In this document: in pieces, positions 37,482-48,167 of the stretch
Layout of the letters: every line of letters begins with the position of its first letter
How positions within the stretch are numbered: the first letter of the stretch is position 1
From: a virus
Lineage: Duplodnaviria > Caudoviricetes
Reading direction: 5' to 3' (one strand)
Virus record (IMG/VR): IMGVR_UViG_3300026116_000035
Length of the DNA: 64,000 nt
Program-made: the position numbers and the translations under genes
Notes under the pieces: generated by a model
What the model saw: only the letters and a program-made list of their open reading frames with translations
Databases searched by the model: none
What the model was told of the DNA's origin: nothing

Positions 37482-38111
37482 ATGTCTAGAGTTCTTAAAA
37501 TTTCAACATATGCAGAAGATAAAGAGTTTGAAGAAGGTGAACAGAAGTTATCTCCTATGTTATCGCAATTTGCAAAAGCTGTAATTCCACCAAATGCAGT
37601 AGAACAAGCTCGTGCAAGAAATGCTCAATCAGTAATGCAACAATTAACTTCGATCATGGCAAATAAACCACGATATGCCACTGTAGATGATGCTGTAAGA
37701 GATATGCAAGAGCGTACTGGTTTAAATCTTCATCTTGAAAATATTAAATCTGCAAAAAAAAAAGTAAATAAGCAAGCTCATGAATTAGTGGATATTCCAG
37801 AATCATTAAAAAAATATGATTTTGTGGGTAATATTGTAAATTATATTAAAAATAATATAAAAAATACAAATGGTGTTGGAAATTCTGTACCTCAATTACA
37901 GCATGATATTTTGTCATTATTTTCAAAAGATGGTTTAGCTCCTCAAGACATTTTAAATGACGAAGTATCTAAATATCTTAGTGATTGTATTTTAGAACAG
38001 CAAAAAATGCTTCCAAGTGATTCTGATAATGGGCAACTAGGCTTTGGTGTTGGAAAAGACCTAGTATTTGAAAATGAAGATCCTTGGAGTGGATTAATGC
38101 CCAGTAAATAA
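37482..38111 (+). CDS. hypothetical protein
   Basis: AGGA RBS; directly upstream of TerL. Confidence 0.7.
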   Translation: MSRVLKISTYAEDKEFEEGEQKLSPMLSQFAKAVIPPNAVEQARARNAQSVMQQLTSIMANKPRYATVDDAVRDMQERTGLNLHLENIKSAKKKVNKQAHELVDIPESLKKYDFVGNIVNYIKNNIKNTNGVGNSVPQLQHDILSLFSKDGLAPQDILNDEVSKYLSDCILEQQKMLPSDSDNGQLGFGVGKDLVFENEDPWSGLMPSK

Positions 38112-38119
38112 AGTATTAA

Positions 38120-39937
38120 ATGCAAGATAGTATTTTTGAAAAATTTAAAGATAATATATCGAATTTAGATCCTGTACATTGGATAGAAAAAAATTTAACT
38201 TTAGACGGTAAACCTTTCCGAATTAACGGAAATGGATATAAAGCATTTAGCGATATTTATAGATATATTGGTGTAACTGCAACTCAACGTGATTCTAAGC
38301 CTATATGTTTAGTAAAAGGCCGTCAGGTTGGTGGTTCGAGTTTAGCTTGTGCATTATCTTTATATTTTGGAGCATCTGGTATTTTTGGAACCGGCAATCG
38401 GCCTCCAATGCGTGTTATTCATTGTTTTCCTACATTAGTTCACGTTTTTACTTATGCTAAAACTAAATTAAATCCAACTATTTCTTCGGCTGTACTATCT
38501 CCTAATAAAGTTCGTGGAAAAGTTAAATCTGTAATTGAAGAAAAACTGGATGTTTCAACTCCGGCGAATGATTCTTTACAATATAAACAATTTGTTGGAG
38601 GTAATTTTTTACGAGTTGAATCTACAGGTTTAGATGCATCAAGACTTCGTGGTTCTACTGGTGATTGTAATTTTTATGATGAAGTTCAGGATATTCCGGC
38701 TGAAGCTATATCGAATGCAAATAAATTATTAACTACTGCTCATTATGGGCGAGTTGGTGAAGGTATTCAGCTTTATTTTGGTACGCCTAAACAAAAAGGT
38801 TCAGCTTATTGGAATATTTGGAATGCGTCAACAAAACAATATTTTCATTTAGGTTGTGAATCTTGTAATGAATTATTTCCTCTGTATACGCCAGGGTCAG
38901 ATGCTTGGGAAAAAATTTGGCTTTATGGATTTGTAGTTAAGTGTCCTCATTGTGGTTGTGAGCAAGATAAACGTGAAGCAACAGAAAGAGGAAAATGGGT
39001 AGCATTAGGAGATCCTGATGCTGAATATATTGGATTTCACATTAATCAATTATATTTACCATATTTTGATAAAGAATATATTATTTCTCAAAAACCAGAA
39101 AATCATCCAATTAATACAGAAAGAGCGTATCAAAATGAAGTTCTTGGAGAATTTTATTCTGGAGACGCTAGTCCAATTACACCTGAGGAAATTCAACAAA
39201 AATGTGCTGATTCTGGTCGTAAATTTAGAGCATCAATTAGTTCTTCAGAAAATAAAAATGTATATGCAGGATTTGACTGGGGTAAGAAAAAAGATGTTGA
39301 AGGATCTCAAGGTCAATCTTATAGCACAACGGTTTTATTGAGTGATGATGGAAAAGGTTTATTAAGTGTAGAATTTTTTACGTTATTAAAACGTAATGAT
39401 TTTGAGGAGAAAAAATCAATTGTAGATCAAATGTTTAGACAATATAGTGTTAAATTAGGGGTTGGTGATATTGGATATGCTAATGATTTAACTGAAATAT
39501 TGCAAAAGGAGCATGGAGATCGATTTATTGCAAGCGAAGCTTCTGGACATGTAAATGGTCATCAAAAATATGTTGATGAATATTTTCCTAAGCGTGTAGT
39601 TTTTGAAAAAGATTATTATATTGCTGAAGTTTATGGGTTATTAAAAAAGGGAATGATTAGATTTCCATATGGTGATTATGAAAAGATAGCTACTTTAATT
39701 CAGCATATTTGTAGTATGGAAATAAAAACTACAATGAATAGATTAGGAGAGCCTCAGCAAAAGTATGTGAAAGGACCTACGCCTAACGATGCTTTTGCTG
39801 CGTTAATAAATGCTTATATTGCTTATAAATTTGATATAACTAAGGGTTTTAAGAATGGACCTGGAGGAAGTCCATTTAATCAAAGTGGAAATAGACAAAT
39901 ACCGGCAGTTTTGGGTTTCGCTCCAAAATTCAGATAG
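38120..39937 (+). CDS. terL: terminase large subunit
   Basis: LVKGRQVGGS Walker A-like, FYDEVQD Walker B, FGTPK coupling motif, CESC...CPHC insertion, YAGFDWG nuclease, NDAFAAL. Confidence 0.88.
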   Translation: MQDSIFEKFKDNISNLDPVHWIEKNLTLDGKPFRINGNGYKAFSDIYRYIGVTATQRDSKPICLVKGRQVGGSSLACALSLYFGASGIFGTGNRPPMRVIHCFPTLVHVFTYAKTKLNPTISSAVLSPNKVRGKVKSVIEEKLDVSTPANDSLQYKQFVGGNFLRVESTGLDASRLRGSTGDCNFYDEVQDIPAEAISNANKLLTTAHYGRVGEGIQLYFGTPKQKGSAYWNIWNASTKQYFHLGCESCNELFPLYTPGSDAWEKIWLYGFVVKCPHCGCEQDKREATERGKWVALGDPDAEYIGFHINQLYLPYFDKEYIISQKPENHPINTERAYQNEVLGEFYSGDASPITPEEIQQKCADSGRKFRASISSSENKNVYAGFDWGKKKDVEGSQGQSYSTTVLLSDDGKGLLSVEFFTLLKRNDFEEKKSIVDQMFRQYSVKLGVGDIGYANDLTEILQKEHGDRFIASEASGHVNGHQKYVDEYFPKRVVFEKDYYIAEVYGLLKKGMIRFPYGDYEKIATLIQHICSMEIKTTMNRLGEPQQKYVKGPTPNDAFAALINAYIAYKFDITKGFKNGPGGSPFNQSGNRQIPAVLGFAPKFR

Positions 39938-40011
39938 TTTATTAAATTACATTATATCAATAAATTTCCATATAATCATGCGAAGTTTTAATTGATATAT
40001 AAGATAATAAT

Positions 40012-41751
40012 ATGAATAAATCTGAAGAGTTTTTAAAATCCAGAGAGCAACCGCCATTAGTTACTCCAAATATGTGGAAAAGTGTATCAGCATATAGGCG
40101 AGATCTTTTGGAACAAGAGGCTTCTGAAGGTAAATTTCGTGAGCCTGGTGGAAGTCCAAATTACGGTATTTCTAAAAGTGGAGCTGGAAATGTAGTTGCT
40201 GCTAAATTTGCACAACAGGCTAATTCAGTTTCTGGGACGAGTGGAGCAAATTGGCGAGGATCGGGCGGGACAGTTCAAATGACTCCCGAGGTTTATTCGC
40301 CATTATGGTTAAATTCTAATTTAAATTTACCTCGAGATAGAGCAACGGTTAATGCTTGGGCTCGTGCATTTTTTGCATTAAATCCCATAGTTCAGAATGC
40401 TATTTCTTTACATTCTACATATCCGATATCTAAATTAAATATTAAATGTAAAGATGAAAAAGTACAGAAATTTTTCCAGGAAATGTGTGAAGAAATAGAT
40501 TTAATGAATGTTTGCACGCAGATAGCTCAAGAATATTGGACTGTAGGTGAGGCATTTGTTTACGCTGAATTAGATGAAAGAGCTTTAAAATGGAGCCGAT
40601 TATTAATTCAAAATCCAGATTATATAGTTGTTCAACGTTCAGTTGTTGCTGGTGAACCTATTATTAGTTTACGTCCTGATGAAAATTTAAGAAGAATTTG
40701 TACTAGTAATAAACCTTCAGATATTCAGCAAAAAAAATCATTAAGCAAAAATATAATTGAAGCAGTTAAACGTGGTGAAAATATTCCATTAAGTAATTTT
40801 TATGTATCTCATTTAGCTAGAAGAATTAGTCCATATGAAATTAGGGGTACTAGTTTAATTGTAAGTTGTTTTCGATCACTTCAGTTATGGGATCAAATTA
40901 AAGAATGTAAATATGCTCAAACTGGCGATATGATAAATCCTTTGCGTATATTTAAGGTAGGTGGGGGTGTTTCTAATTATCAACCAACTCCTGCAGATTT
41001 AGAACAGTGGAGATTAGTTATTGAGGAAGCTTCTAATAATAAAAATTTCAAATTAATTACTCATGATGGTTTTAGTGCTGAAACTGTAGGGGCAGGATCC
41101 GGAATATACGATACTTCTGCAGATATTACGCAATTAATGAAGGAAATGTATATTGGGTTGATGGTTCCAAATGTTATTATGGATGGCGGTGGAGATATTT
41201 CTTATCAAAATGGTGGGGTGGCGTTGGACGTATTAAGACAGCGTTATACACAATTTAGAAATTATTTAACAAATTGGCTTCGTAGGAAAATATTTGCTCC
41301 AATATCTAAGATGAATGAATTTTATGATTATTCAAATGGAAAAAAAATATTAATTGTTCCAGATGTTGATTGGAATCATATGTCATTATTTGATACTAGT
41401 GATTATATTCAACAATTAACTACATTGGCTACAGCTCAACCTCCAAGAGTTAGTAATCAAACACTATATAAATCTCTCGGTTTAGAGTATGAAGATGAAT
41501 TAAGAAAGATTCGTCGAGAGCAAATTGATTTAGCTATTCAGACTAGAGAAGTAAATACATTAAATGCTATGTCATTAAATGATTTGAGAGCATTAGGTAC
41601 AGAGTCTGAAATTAAGGAAATAGTAGATAGGTTACCGGGTGAATCTCCGTATGAAGAACCTATACCTGGGTCTGAAGGTGGAAATTCTATTCCGCCACCT
41701 CCACCAAATCCTTCTCCGTTTAGTAGTCCTTCCGCTCCATTATCAAAATAA
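40012..41751 (+). CDS. portal protein
   Basis: Follows TerL; NPIVQNAISLHSTYP, GEAFVY, IQNPDYIVV, GTSLIVSCFRSL, MYIGLMVP, portal-like helical pattern. Confidence 0.8.
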   Translation: MNKSEEFLKSREQPPLVTPNMWKSVSAYRRDLLEQEASEGKFREPGGSPNYGISKSGAGNVVAAKFAQQANSVSGTSGANWRGSGGTVQMTPEVYSPLWLNSNLNLPRDRATVNAWARAFFALNPIVQNAISLHSTYPISKLNIKCKDEKVQKFFQEMCEEIDLMNVCTQIAQEYWTVGEAFVYAELDERALKWSRLLIQNPDYIVVQRSVVAGEPIISLRPDENLRRICTSNKPSDIQQKKSLSKNIIEAVKRGENIPLSNFYVSHLARRISPYEIRGTSLIVSCFRSLQLWDQIKECKYAQTGDMINPLRIFKVGGGVSNYQPTPADLEQWRLVIEEASNNKNFKLITHDGFSAETVGAGSGIYDTSADITQLMKEMYIGLMVPNVIMDGGGDISYQNGGVALDVLRQRYTQFRNYLTNWLRRKIFAPISKMNEFYDYSNGKKILIVPDVDWNHMSLFDTSDYIQQLTTLATAQPPRVSNQTLYKSLGLEYEDELRKIRREQIDLAIQTREVNTLNAMSLNDLRALGTESEIKEIVDRLPGESPYEEPIPGSEGGNSIPPPPPNPSPFSSPSAPLSK

Positions 41752-41822
41752 ATATTTGATATATAACTACTTTTTAGGTATATAATTGAACTTTATTTAA
41801 AAATAGATTTTGGGAGTAGTGA

Positions 41823-44489
41823 ATGTCTTATAAAAAAGATTTAAAGGTAGAGGCGCAAAATTACGGACTTAAGCATAAATTACGTCAGTATGTTACGCCT
41901 TCTGGTTGGCAAAGAGCTATTTCCGAAGTAGGATCTGATAAATATAAAGAGCGTATGGAAACTTTGCGTGAAGCAGATGATTCCATGAGAGAAACGGCAA
42001 CTTTATTTAAAGGTTATTTAAAAAGTGCTGAAAATGCATTTAAAGATAATAGATATTTAGATGTAGCTCATTGGTGCGCTATGATAAATGATGGCGTTAA
42101 ATTAATGATTAAGGATTCTAAGCCTGTCACTGATTTACGTGATTCAGAAGTTGCTGAATATTATACACGTCATGAAGATGCAAATCCAGAACATAATTAT
42201 TTTTCTGCTGATGACGGTTTAGTTGCTACTGCTGGAATTTTTGATCGATTATTTGGAAATTCTATAGAAAAATTATATTGGAAAAAAATTAAAGAAAGTA
42301 AAATGGCGGTACAATCTTTAATTAATAGAACTGGCAAATTAGTTGCAATGACTTATTCATCGTTAGATAGAATGGGAAATGCTCGGGCTCAAGGCAATAT
42401 TGGAGCTTGGATTGAAGATATACAAAGAATTGCTAAAGCACAGGGTGAATTTCAAATTTTTGCTAAGAGTGTATACGATAAGCATTTAAAGGAATTAGCT
42501 GATATTGTTAAATCTAATAAGCCAGCTCAAAATATTTCTCAACCTATAAATGAACAAATTCCAAAAGCTAATAAAGCAGAGGAAGCGGATGATTTAGTTA
42601 ATGAATCACCGGAAGATGAAGAAGAATTAATTTTCGATTTAAAAAATAAGAAGGAGCCTATCAAACCTGTAGAAGAAGCTAAGTTTGATAAAGGTCGTCC
42701 TGCATTAACTGATCCAAGGTCAGTTAAAAAACAAAATGAAAAAGAATTAGAGGAATGGTCAAAAGTTCAGGATTTTTTAAAGGGAAATCAAAAAAATACT
42801 GAAGAAAAAGTTGAAGAACCTAAAGTTGAAGAACCTAAAGTTGAATCAGTTAAGCCTATAGAACAGCCTAAAATTGAATCGGTCAAACCACTTCAAGAAA
42901 AGGTTAATATTCCAGAAGTAAAACCCGAAATTAAAGAAGAATCTAAAGTTGAAACTTCTAAAGTTGTAGAAGCTCCCAAACCAATTGTCAATCAACCAAT
43001 TAAACAAGAACTTCCTAAACCTGTAGAAGTTCCTAAAATTGTTGAAGCTCCTAAAGTTGTAGAAATTCCTAAAGCGGCACCAATTCCTCAAATTCCTCAG
43101 GCACCAACACAAACTACCGTTGAAGCTCCACCTAAGCGTGGACGTGGCAGACCGCGAAAAAATCCATTACCGACCGCGCCAGCTGTAACTTCTATGCCTA
43201 TTTCTAATGAAGTTCCAACTCAAGTTTCAAGTAATCCATTTGATTCAGCTCCTGCAGTAGTTCCTACAGCTGCTCCTAAATCAGCTCCGAGCCAACCCAC
43301 TATAACAACTGCACCAAAAACTCAGCCAGTTCATGTTGATATTAAGGGGACTGAACCAAAAACGCCGGAATCTGTGGATGAAAAAGAATCTTCAAAAGAA
43401 GAAAGTTCATCAATTTCTAAAGAAGATGCTGCTTTAAATTCTAGTGATAAAGTTTTAACATTAGTTATGATTCCAAAAATTAAACCTGATAATTTGGATG
43501 AAATTAAGGAATCATTACAAAAGAAATTTGGACATCCGATCCGTTTTGTTACTAAAGAAAATGGTGCTGGAATTGCTAAAATGTATAAAGAAGACGGTTG
43601 GAAACTTGATGCAGTAACTTATGATGAAGCGATTAAAGAAGTTGAAGCTCCAAAACGTAATCCTTTAGAGTTATTAAATGATCCGAAATTTTTGGCAGAA
43701 TTACCTACATTAAGTAATGGTTATTTTGATAAAGGTCGTATTATTGATGTAGTTAAATCTCCATATGATAATGGTAAGATGAATACATATCCTGAATTTA
43801 GAAATATGGATAAAGCTACAAGAAAAGCTGTTATTGATAAATTAAATGAATTAGATGATGAAAAAGATCGAATTAAAGCAGAAATGGCAAATAAAACAGT
43901 TTCTAGCCCTGAATTATCTTCTAAATTGCCTGAAGTTCCTAAAACTGAAGAATTAAAACAAAGTGAACCAATTATAAACAATGAAATTAAATCTGAAAAT
44001 CCTACTGAAGAATTATCAGAGGATGAAATAGAACAAGAAATATTTATTCATACAGGATCAATTCAGAAATTATTAGGTAAGTCAATGAAGGATGTAACAT
44101 CAACTGATATATTTAAATTATTAAACTTAAAAGAATATCTTGATTCATTACCTAGATTAAAAAATAATAATAAATTATTTAATTTAGATTTAATTGCTAG
44201 ATTTCCTGAAATAAATATATTAGGACCTGCTGCAAAAATTTATTTTGATACATTAAAGCAATTACAAGCTGGAAAAGCCGCATATCCCAAAGAAAAAGTA
44301 GCAAATGTTGAAGAATTAGTAATTAAACGTTCTCATACATTATTTTTCAATGAATTAAAGAAAGTAGCGGCAACCCAAAATAAAGGTTTAATGGCGGCAA
44401 TAATGTGTAAATATTCGGAACAAATCGAAGAAATTGATCCAGAAATGAGTATTAAGTTACTACAGCAGGCGGAGAAATTAGTTGATTGA
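41823..44489 (+). CDS. large probable internal head protein with Pro/Glu/Lys-rich linker and an AT-hook
   Basis: VEEPK/VEAPK repeats; PKRGRGRPRK at 43131-43160. Confidence 0.65.
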   Translation: MSYKKDLKVEAQNYGLKHKLRQYVTPSGWQRAISEVGSDKYKERMETLREADDSMRETATLFKGYLKSAENAFKDNRYLDVAHWCAMINDGVKLMIKDSKPVTDLRDSEVAEYYTRHEDANPEHNYFSADDGLVATAGIFDRLFGNSIEKLYWKKIKESKMAVQSLINRTGKLVAMTYSSLDRMGNARAQGNIGAWIEDIQRIAKAQGEFQIFAKSVYDKHLKELADIVKSNKPAQNISQPINEQIPKANKAEEADDLVNESPEDEEELIFDLKNKKEPIKPVEEAKFDKGRPALTDPRSVKKQNEKELEEWSKVQDFLKGNQKNTEEKVEEPKVEEPKVESVKPIEQPKIESVKPLQEKVNIPEVKPEIKEESKVETSKVVEAPKPIVNQPIKQELPKPVEVPKIVEAPKVVEIPKAAPIPQIPQAPTQTTVEAPPKRGRGRPRKNPLPTAPAVTSMPISNEVPTQVSSNPFDSAPAVVPTAAPKSAPSQPTITTAPKTQPVHVDIKGTEPKTPESVDEKESSKEESSSISKEDAALNSSDKVLTLVMIPKIKPDNLDEIKESLQKKFGHPIRFVTKENGAGIAKMYKEDGWKLDAVTYDEAIKEVEAPKRNPLELLNDPKFLAELPTLSNGYFDKGRIIDVVKSPYDNGKMNTYPEFRNMDKATRKAVIDKLNELDDEKDRIKAEMANKTVSSPELSSKLPEVPKTEELKQSEPIINNEIKSENPTEELSEDEIEQEIFIHTGSIQKLLGKSMKDVTSTDIFKLLNLKEYLDSLPRLKNNNKLFNLDLIARFPEINILGPAAKIYFDTLKQLQAGKAAYPKEKVANVEELVIKRSHTLFFNELKKVAATQNKGLMAAIMCKYSEQIEEIDPEMSIKLLQQAEKLVD
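42807..42845 (+). repeat. 15-bp coding tandem repeat (KVEEP x2.6)
   Basis: AAAGTTGAAGAACCT twice plus AAAGTTGAA. Confidence 0.8.
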
Positions 44490-46545
44490 AATAATTAAAC
44501 AAGCTTCGGTAGAACTTCAGAACTTTGATGATAATGATATTGTTAAAGTTGCTGGAGTTTTACGTCGATTGAAAAATTGGTTAGGATCATTGGGAAATGA
44601 AGAATATAGGGCGCAATTAGAAAATCTTCATAATGAATCTACGGTAATTAATGGACATTTGTCTAATTTATCTAAACATATTAATTTATTACAATCGGCC
44701 ATTAAAGATGCAGACATTAAATCATATGAATTAGAATTAGAGGAAGTTAAATTTTTATCTAAACAATTATCTGACGAATTAGAAAAATTAAATTCTACAG
44801 CAACTTTGGCTAAAATTCCACAAGATAAAGAATTTATTGATAAAAGTACAGATATTAAAATAAATGATTCAAAAAATAGATCTGGATATGATGTGCCATT
44901 TGGGTTAGTTAATAAACCATATAAGAGTTTTGAACATTTTAATCAAATTTCTTCAGATTTAATTGTAATAAGTGATGTTGTTAAATCGAGAATATTACAA
45001 AATTTAGCTACCAAATTGGATAGATTAAGATTAAATGATCAATTAGATTTATTTAAAAATAATATGGATGCTTTTTTAATTGTTTTTAAAGAAGCAATTA
45101 CAAATGGCGTTATTTTAGAAAATAGTTTAGTTCAAGATGCTAAAAAAGAGCGTCCTTCTGGTCAAACATATGTGAAAATTAGAACGGCACCTTTTAGTGT
45201 TCCTGGTATTAATTTAAAAATTCAAGGTGTAGTATTATTAACTGATTTATATGCTCAAAAATCTCCAAAAATGAAATTAAGTGTTATGAGATTTACAGAT
45301 ATTGAAATTGAAAAAATATCTAGATCGGAAAGAAGAATTATTTTAAATAAAATTGCAAATCAGGTAGGCAGATCAGTAACTAATTTATCTCCTATTCAAT
45401 TAGCTGAAGTATTAAAAAATGCTTATATTAGAGTTTTTGGAAAAGAACCTACGTTACAAGTATTAGGTACAGCTTGGGCTCAATCTATGGCTGAGCAAAG
45501 TGGTCATTATATTAATAATAATATAGGAAATATTACTGCTACAAAAGGATGGATTGATTCTGGTGGTAATTATTGGTCATTTGACACGACTGAATTTGAT
45601 AATAGTGGAAAACCTCGAAAAGAATCTATGAAGTTTAGAGCGTATAATACGATAGATGATGGAGCTGTTGATTATTGGAAACAATTAGCAACATCATTTA
45701 AGGGTGCATTTAAATGGTTTGGAACAGGTGATGCATTACATTCGGCTTTAGCATTAGGGGATCAATCGTATTATACAGCTGATAGGACTCTTTATGCTGG
45801 AAATATGTCTAGTCTTTATGAAACATTTTTAAATAATGTAGCTCCTAATTTAAATTTAATATCTAAACCTACATTGCCACCATCTAGAAAATTTCCTGAG
45901 TATAAAGCTCATATAAATTCACCTAGTCAGCCAATTCCTGAAAAATTTATTGATAAAATTAATAAAAATACTGCTTATAAAATTGTTAATGATAATAATA
46001 AGCAATATATAGTGTTAAATCGAAGATTAAATAATGATAATAAATCAGAAAATGCACCGGCTGAAATAGCGCAAAATATTCCTAAAGTTGATAATATTGA
46101 TTCCGAGGTAAATGATCTTATGAATTATCTTTTTAAATCAGCAAAATCTTTAGATTCTATTGTTAAACATGCTTTAGAAGAAAAGTTATTGCCTAAAACG
46201 CAATTGTTAATAACAATTGCTTCGGTAAATGATTTTCATATAAAAATGAAATATGCTGCAATAGTTTCAGAATTATTAGAAAAAAATATTAATGCAAAAA
46301 CTGATATAATGTCCGATGGTGATATTATTAATATTAATTGCATAGCTGCTGGAGATAATAAATTAGTAACAGATGCAGTATTAGCTATATGTGAAATTGT
46401 TTCTGATGGTTTTTATTTTAAAGATAATAGTAAAATAGTAAAATCAATACTAAAAGAAAATCAATTTTCTAAATTTGCGAGTGTTTCATATGAAGAAATT
46501 GAAAGATGTTTAAGAAAATGTGATCTTGAAATTTTAAATAAGTGA
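44482..46545 (+). CDS. virion-associated protein with GH73-like (FlgJ/glucosaminidase) peptidoglycan hydrolase domain
   Basis: WAQSMAEQ...NNNIGNI...TTEF...FRAYNTIDDGAVDYWKQL...YYTAD..Y at about 45400-45830; TTG start. Confidence 0.7.
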   Translation: MIEIIKQASVELQNFDDNDIVKVAGVLRRLKNWLGSLGNEEYRAQLENLHNESTVINGHLSNLSKHINLLQSAIKDADIKSYELELEEVKFLSKQLSDELEKLNSTATLAKIPQDKEFIDKSTDIKINDSKNRSGYDVPFGLVNKPYKSFEHFNQISSDLIVISDVVKSRILQNLATKLDRLRLNDQLDLFKNNMDAFLIVFKEAITNGVILENSLVQDAKKERPSGQTYVKIRTAPFSVPGINLKIQGVVLLTDLYAQKSPKMKLSVMRFTDIEIEKISRSERRIILNKIANQVGRSVTNLSPIQLAEVLKNAYIRVFGKEPTLQVLGTAWAQSMAEQSGHYINNNIGNITATKGWIDSGGNYWSFDTTEFDNSGKPRKESMKFRAYNTIDDGAVDYWKQLATSFKGAFKWFGTGDALHSALALGDQSYYTADRTLYAGNMSSLYETFLNNVAPNLNLISKPTLPPSRKFPEYKAHINSPSQPIPEKFIDKINKNTAYKIVNDNNKQYIVLNRRLNNDNKSENAPAEIAQNIPKVDNIDSEVNDLMNYLFKSAKSLDSIVKHALEEKLLPKTQLLITIASVNDFHIKMKYAAIVSELLEKNINAKTDIMSDGDIININCIAAGDNKLVTDAVLAICEIVSDGFYFKDNSKIVKSILKENQFSKFASVSYEEIERCLRKCDLEILNK

Positions 46546-46916
46546 TAAAAATGGAAAAATTAGCTTATATTCGTAAACAAGTTAATGGAAAATATAAAAT
46601 TTTTTCTGAAGAAGGTAAAAGTTTAGGAGAATATGATTTTTTTTCCGAAGCCAAGGAAAGATTAAAGCAAATTGAATATTTTAAGCATAAAAAAAGTAAG
46701 ATATTAAGAAGAAAATTATTAAAAGTATTAGCTTACGAAGAACCGAGTTATTCAGCGATTATGCGTGAATTATGTAAAAAAGATAAAGCTATTTTAGTTA
46801 TATTTATGTCAGCATTTAAAAGAGCATTTGATGATTCTGTTATAGAAGAATTAGAAAATCCCGATAAAATCGCTTTATTAGCAGCGATGAAATCTATAAA
46901 TTATGAGGCTGAATAA
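46542..46916 (+). CDS. hypothetical head-block protein
   Basis: KLAY motif; IRKQVNGKYKIFSEEGKSLGEY. Confidence 0.65.
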   Translation: MIKMEKLAYIRKQVNGKYKIFSEEGKSLGEYDFFSEAKERLKQIEYFKHKKSKILRRKLLKVLAYEEPSYSAIMRELCKKDKAILVIFMSAFKRAFDDSVIEELENPDKIALLAAMKSINYEAE

Positions 46917-47285
46917 ATGTTTTCGGAAATTTTAAAATTATCTGAATATTATTTTAGCTTATCAATTAACAATGTTAATAATATTCAAGATAGAATTTTT
47001 AAATTAGCAGCTACCATTGATATGGGTGAGCCTGTTGAAGCTGGTAAAGGAATAGCTGAAATAATTAAATTTTTACTTAAACGTATTGACTCTAAAAATA
47101 GAGAAAAATCTTTATATAAATTAAAAAAGAAAATTTGGAATTTAAATGAATGGGAAATGTCTTCTAAAAAGATGCCAGCTTCTTCATCTTTGGGAATTTC
47201 TATTAGTTTTATTAAAAATATATTAAATGGTCATCCGGCACCTTATATTCGATCAATATTAAGTGAAATATATAGGAATTTATAA
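46917..47285 (+). CDS. hypothetical head-block protein
   Basis: KLAA motif; tight packing. Confidence 0.65.
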   Translation: MFSEILKLSEYYFSLSINNVNNIQDRIFKLAATIDMGEPVEAGKGIAEIIKFLLKRIDSKNREKSLYKLKKKIWNLNEWEMSSKKMPASSSLGISISFIKNILNGHPAPYIRSILSEIYRNL

Positions 47286-48146
47286 ATGCCTCAAAATTTT
47301 AAAATAGTAATTCCTGGAAAATTATATAGATCAGGGCAAATTGCTCCATCGGAAATTCCTCAATTAATTAATTCATCTTATAATATTAAAAAAATTGTAT
47401 CATTAGATGCACAGGCTGGAATATTAATTCATTCATTTATTCCAAAATCAATAGAGCATATAATGTTTCCACTTTTAGAAGGTAATGGTTCAGATGAAGC
47501 TAGAAAATTAGCAAATGCAATTAAATCTGGATTATTAGATGGAAATGGCGCTGTTTTAGTTCATTGTTTGCACGGTCAAGATAGAACAGGATTAGCTATA
47601 GCTATGTATAGAGTGATAAAACAGGGATGGACATGTACTAAAGCTATAGAAGAGGCAAAATCATTAGGTTATGGAATAGGCATGCCTCTAAATACCACAA
47701 ATCAATATAATATAGAAATTTGTAGAGTATGTACTAAAAATCATACACATTTTTGTCAAACTATTAAAACTGATGTATCTCAAGTTGATGATATAGTTAA
47801 TATAATGCGTGATGATTTTTCGCATCAACAAGGTTCAAATTCTGCTGGAGTTATAGTCCCTGGATTTGATAATCAATATACTTTTGCCCCATTTACTGAT
47901 TCTTCCTCAGAGGGAGCTTTAGGTGCAAAAACCTCATCCAAAAGTAGAAAATCTGTATTAAAAAAAATAATTAAATTTTTAGATGAAGAAGAAATAAAAA
48001 AAGATATTAATTTAATAGCTTTACCTACATCTGGACAAATAGATAATTATAGTGGTTCAAATGCTGTTAGTGCTCCAAGTGCTACTCCTGGATCTCCTAA
48101 TTCAGCAGGTTTTACAGCTGACCCTACAGGATTAGTACAAATATAA
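47286..48146 (+). CDS. cysteine-dependent (dual-specificity/tyrosine) phosphatase
   Basis: NFKIVIPGKLYRSGQ and P-loop VHCLHGQDRTG. Confidence 0.85.
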   Translation: MPQNFKIVIPGKLYRSGQIAPSEIPQLINSSYNIKKIVSLDAQAGILIHSFIPKSIEHIMFPLLEGNGSDEARKLANAIKSGLLDGNGAVLVHCLHGQDRTGLAIAMYRVIKQGWTCTKAIEEAKSLGYGIGMPLNTTNQYNIEICRVCTKNHTHFCQTIKTDVSQVDDIVNIMRDDFSHQQGSNSAGVIVPGFDNQYTFAPFTDSSSEGALGAKTSSKSRKSVLKKIIKFLDEEEIKKDINLIALPTSGQIDNYSGSNAVSAPSATPGSPNSAGFTADPTGLVQI

Positions 48147-48167
48147 TCAATATTTAAACATATAATT

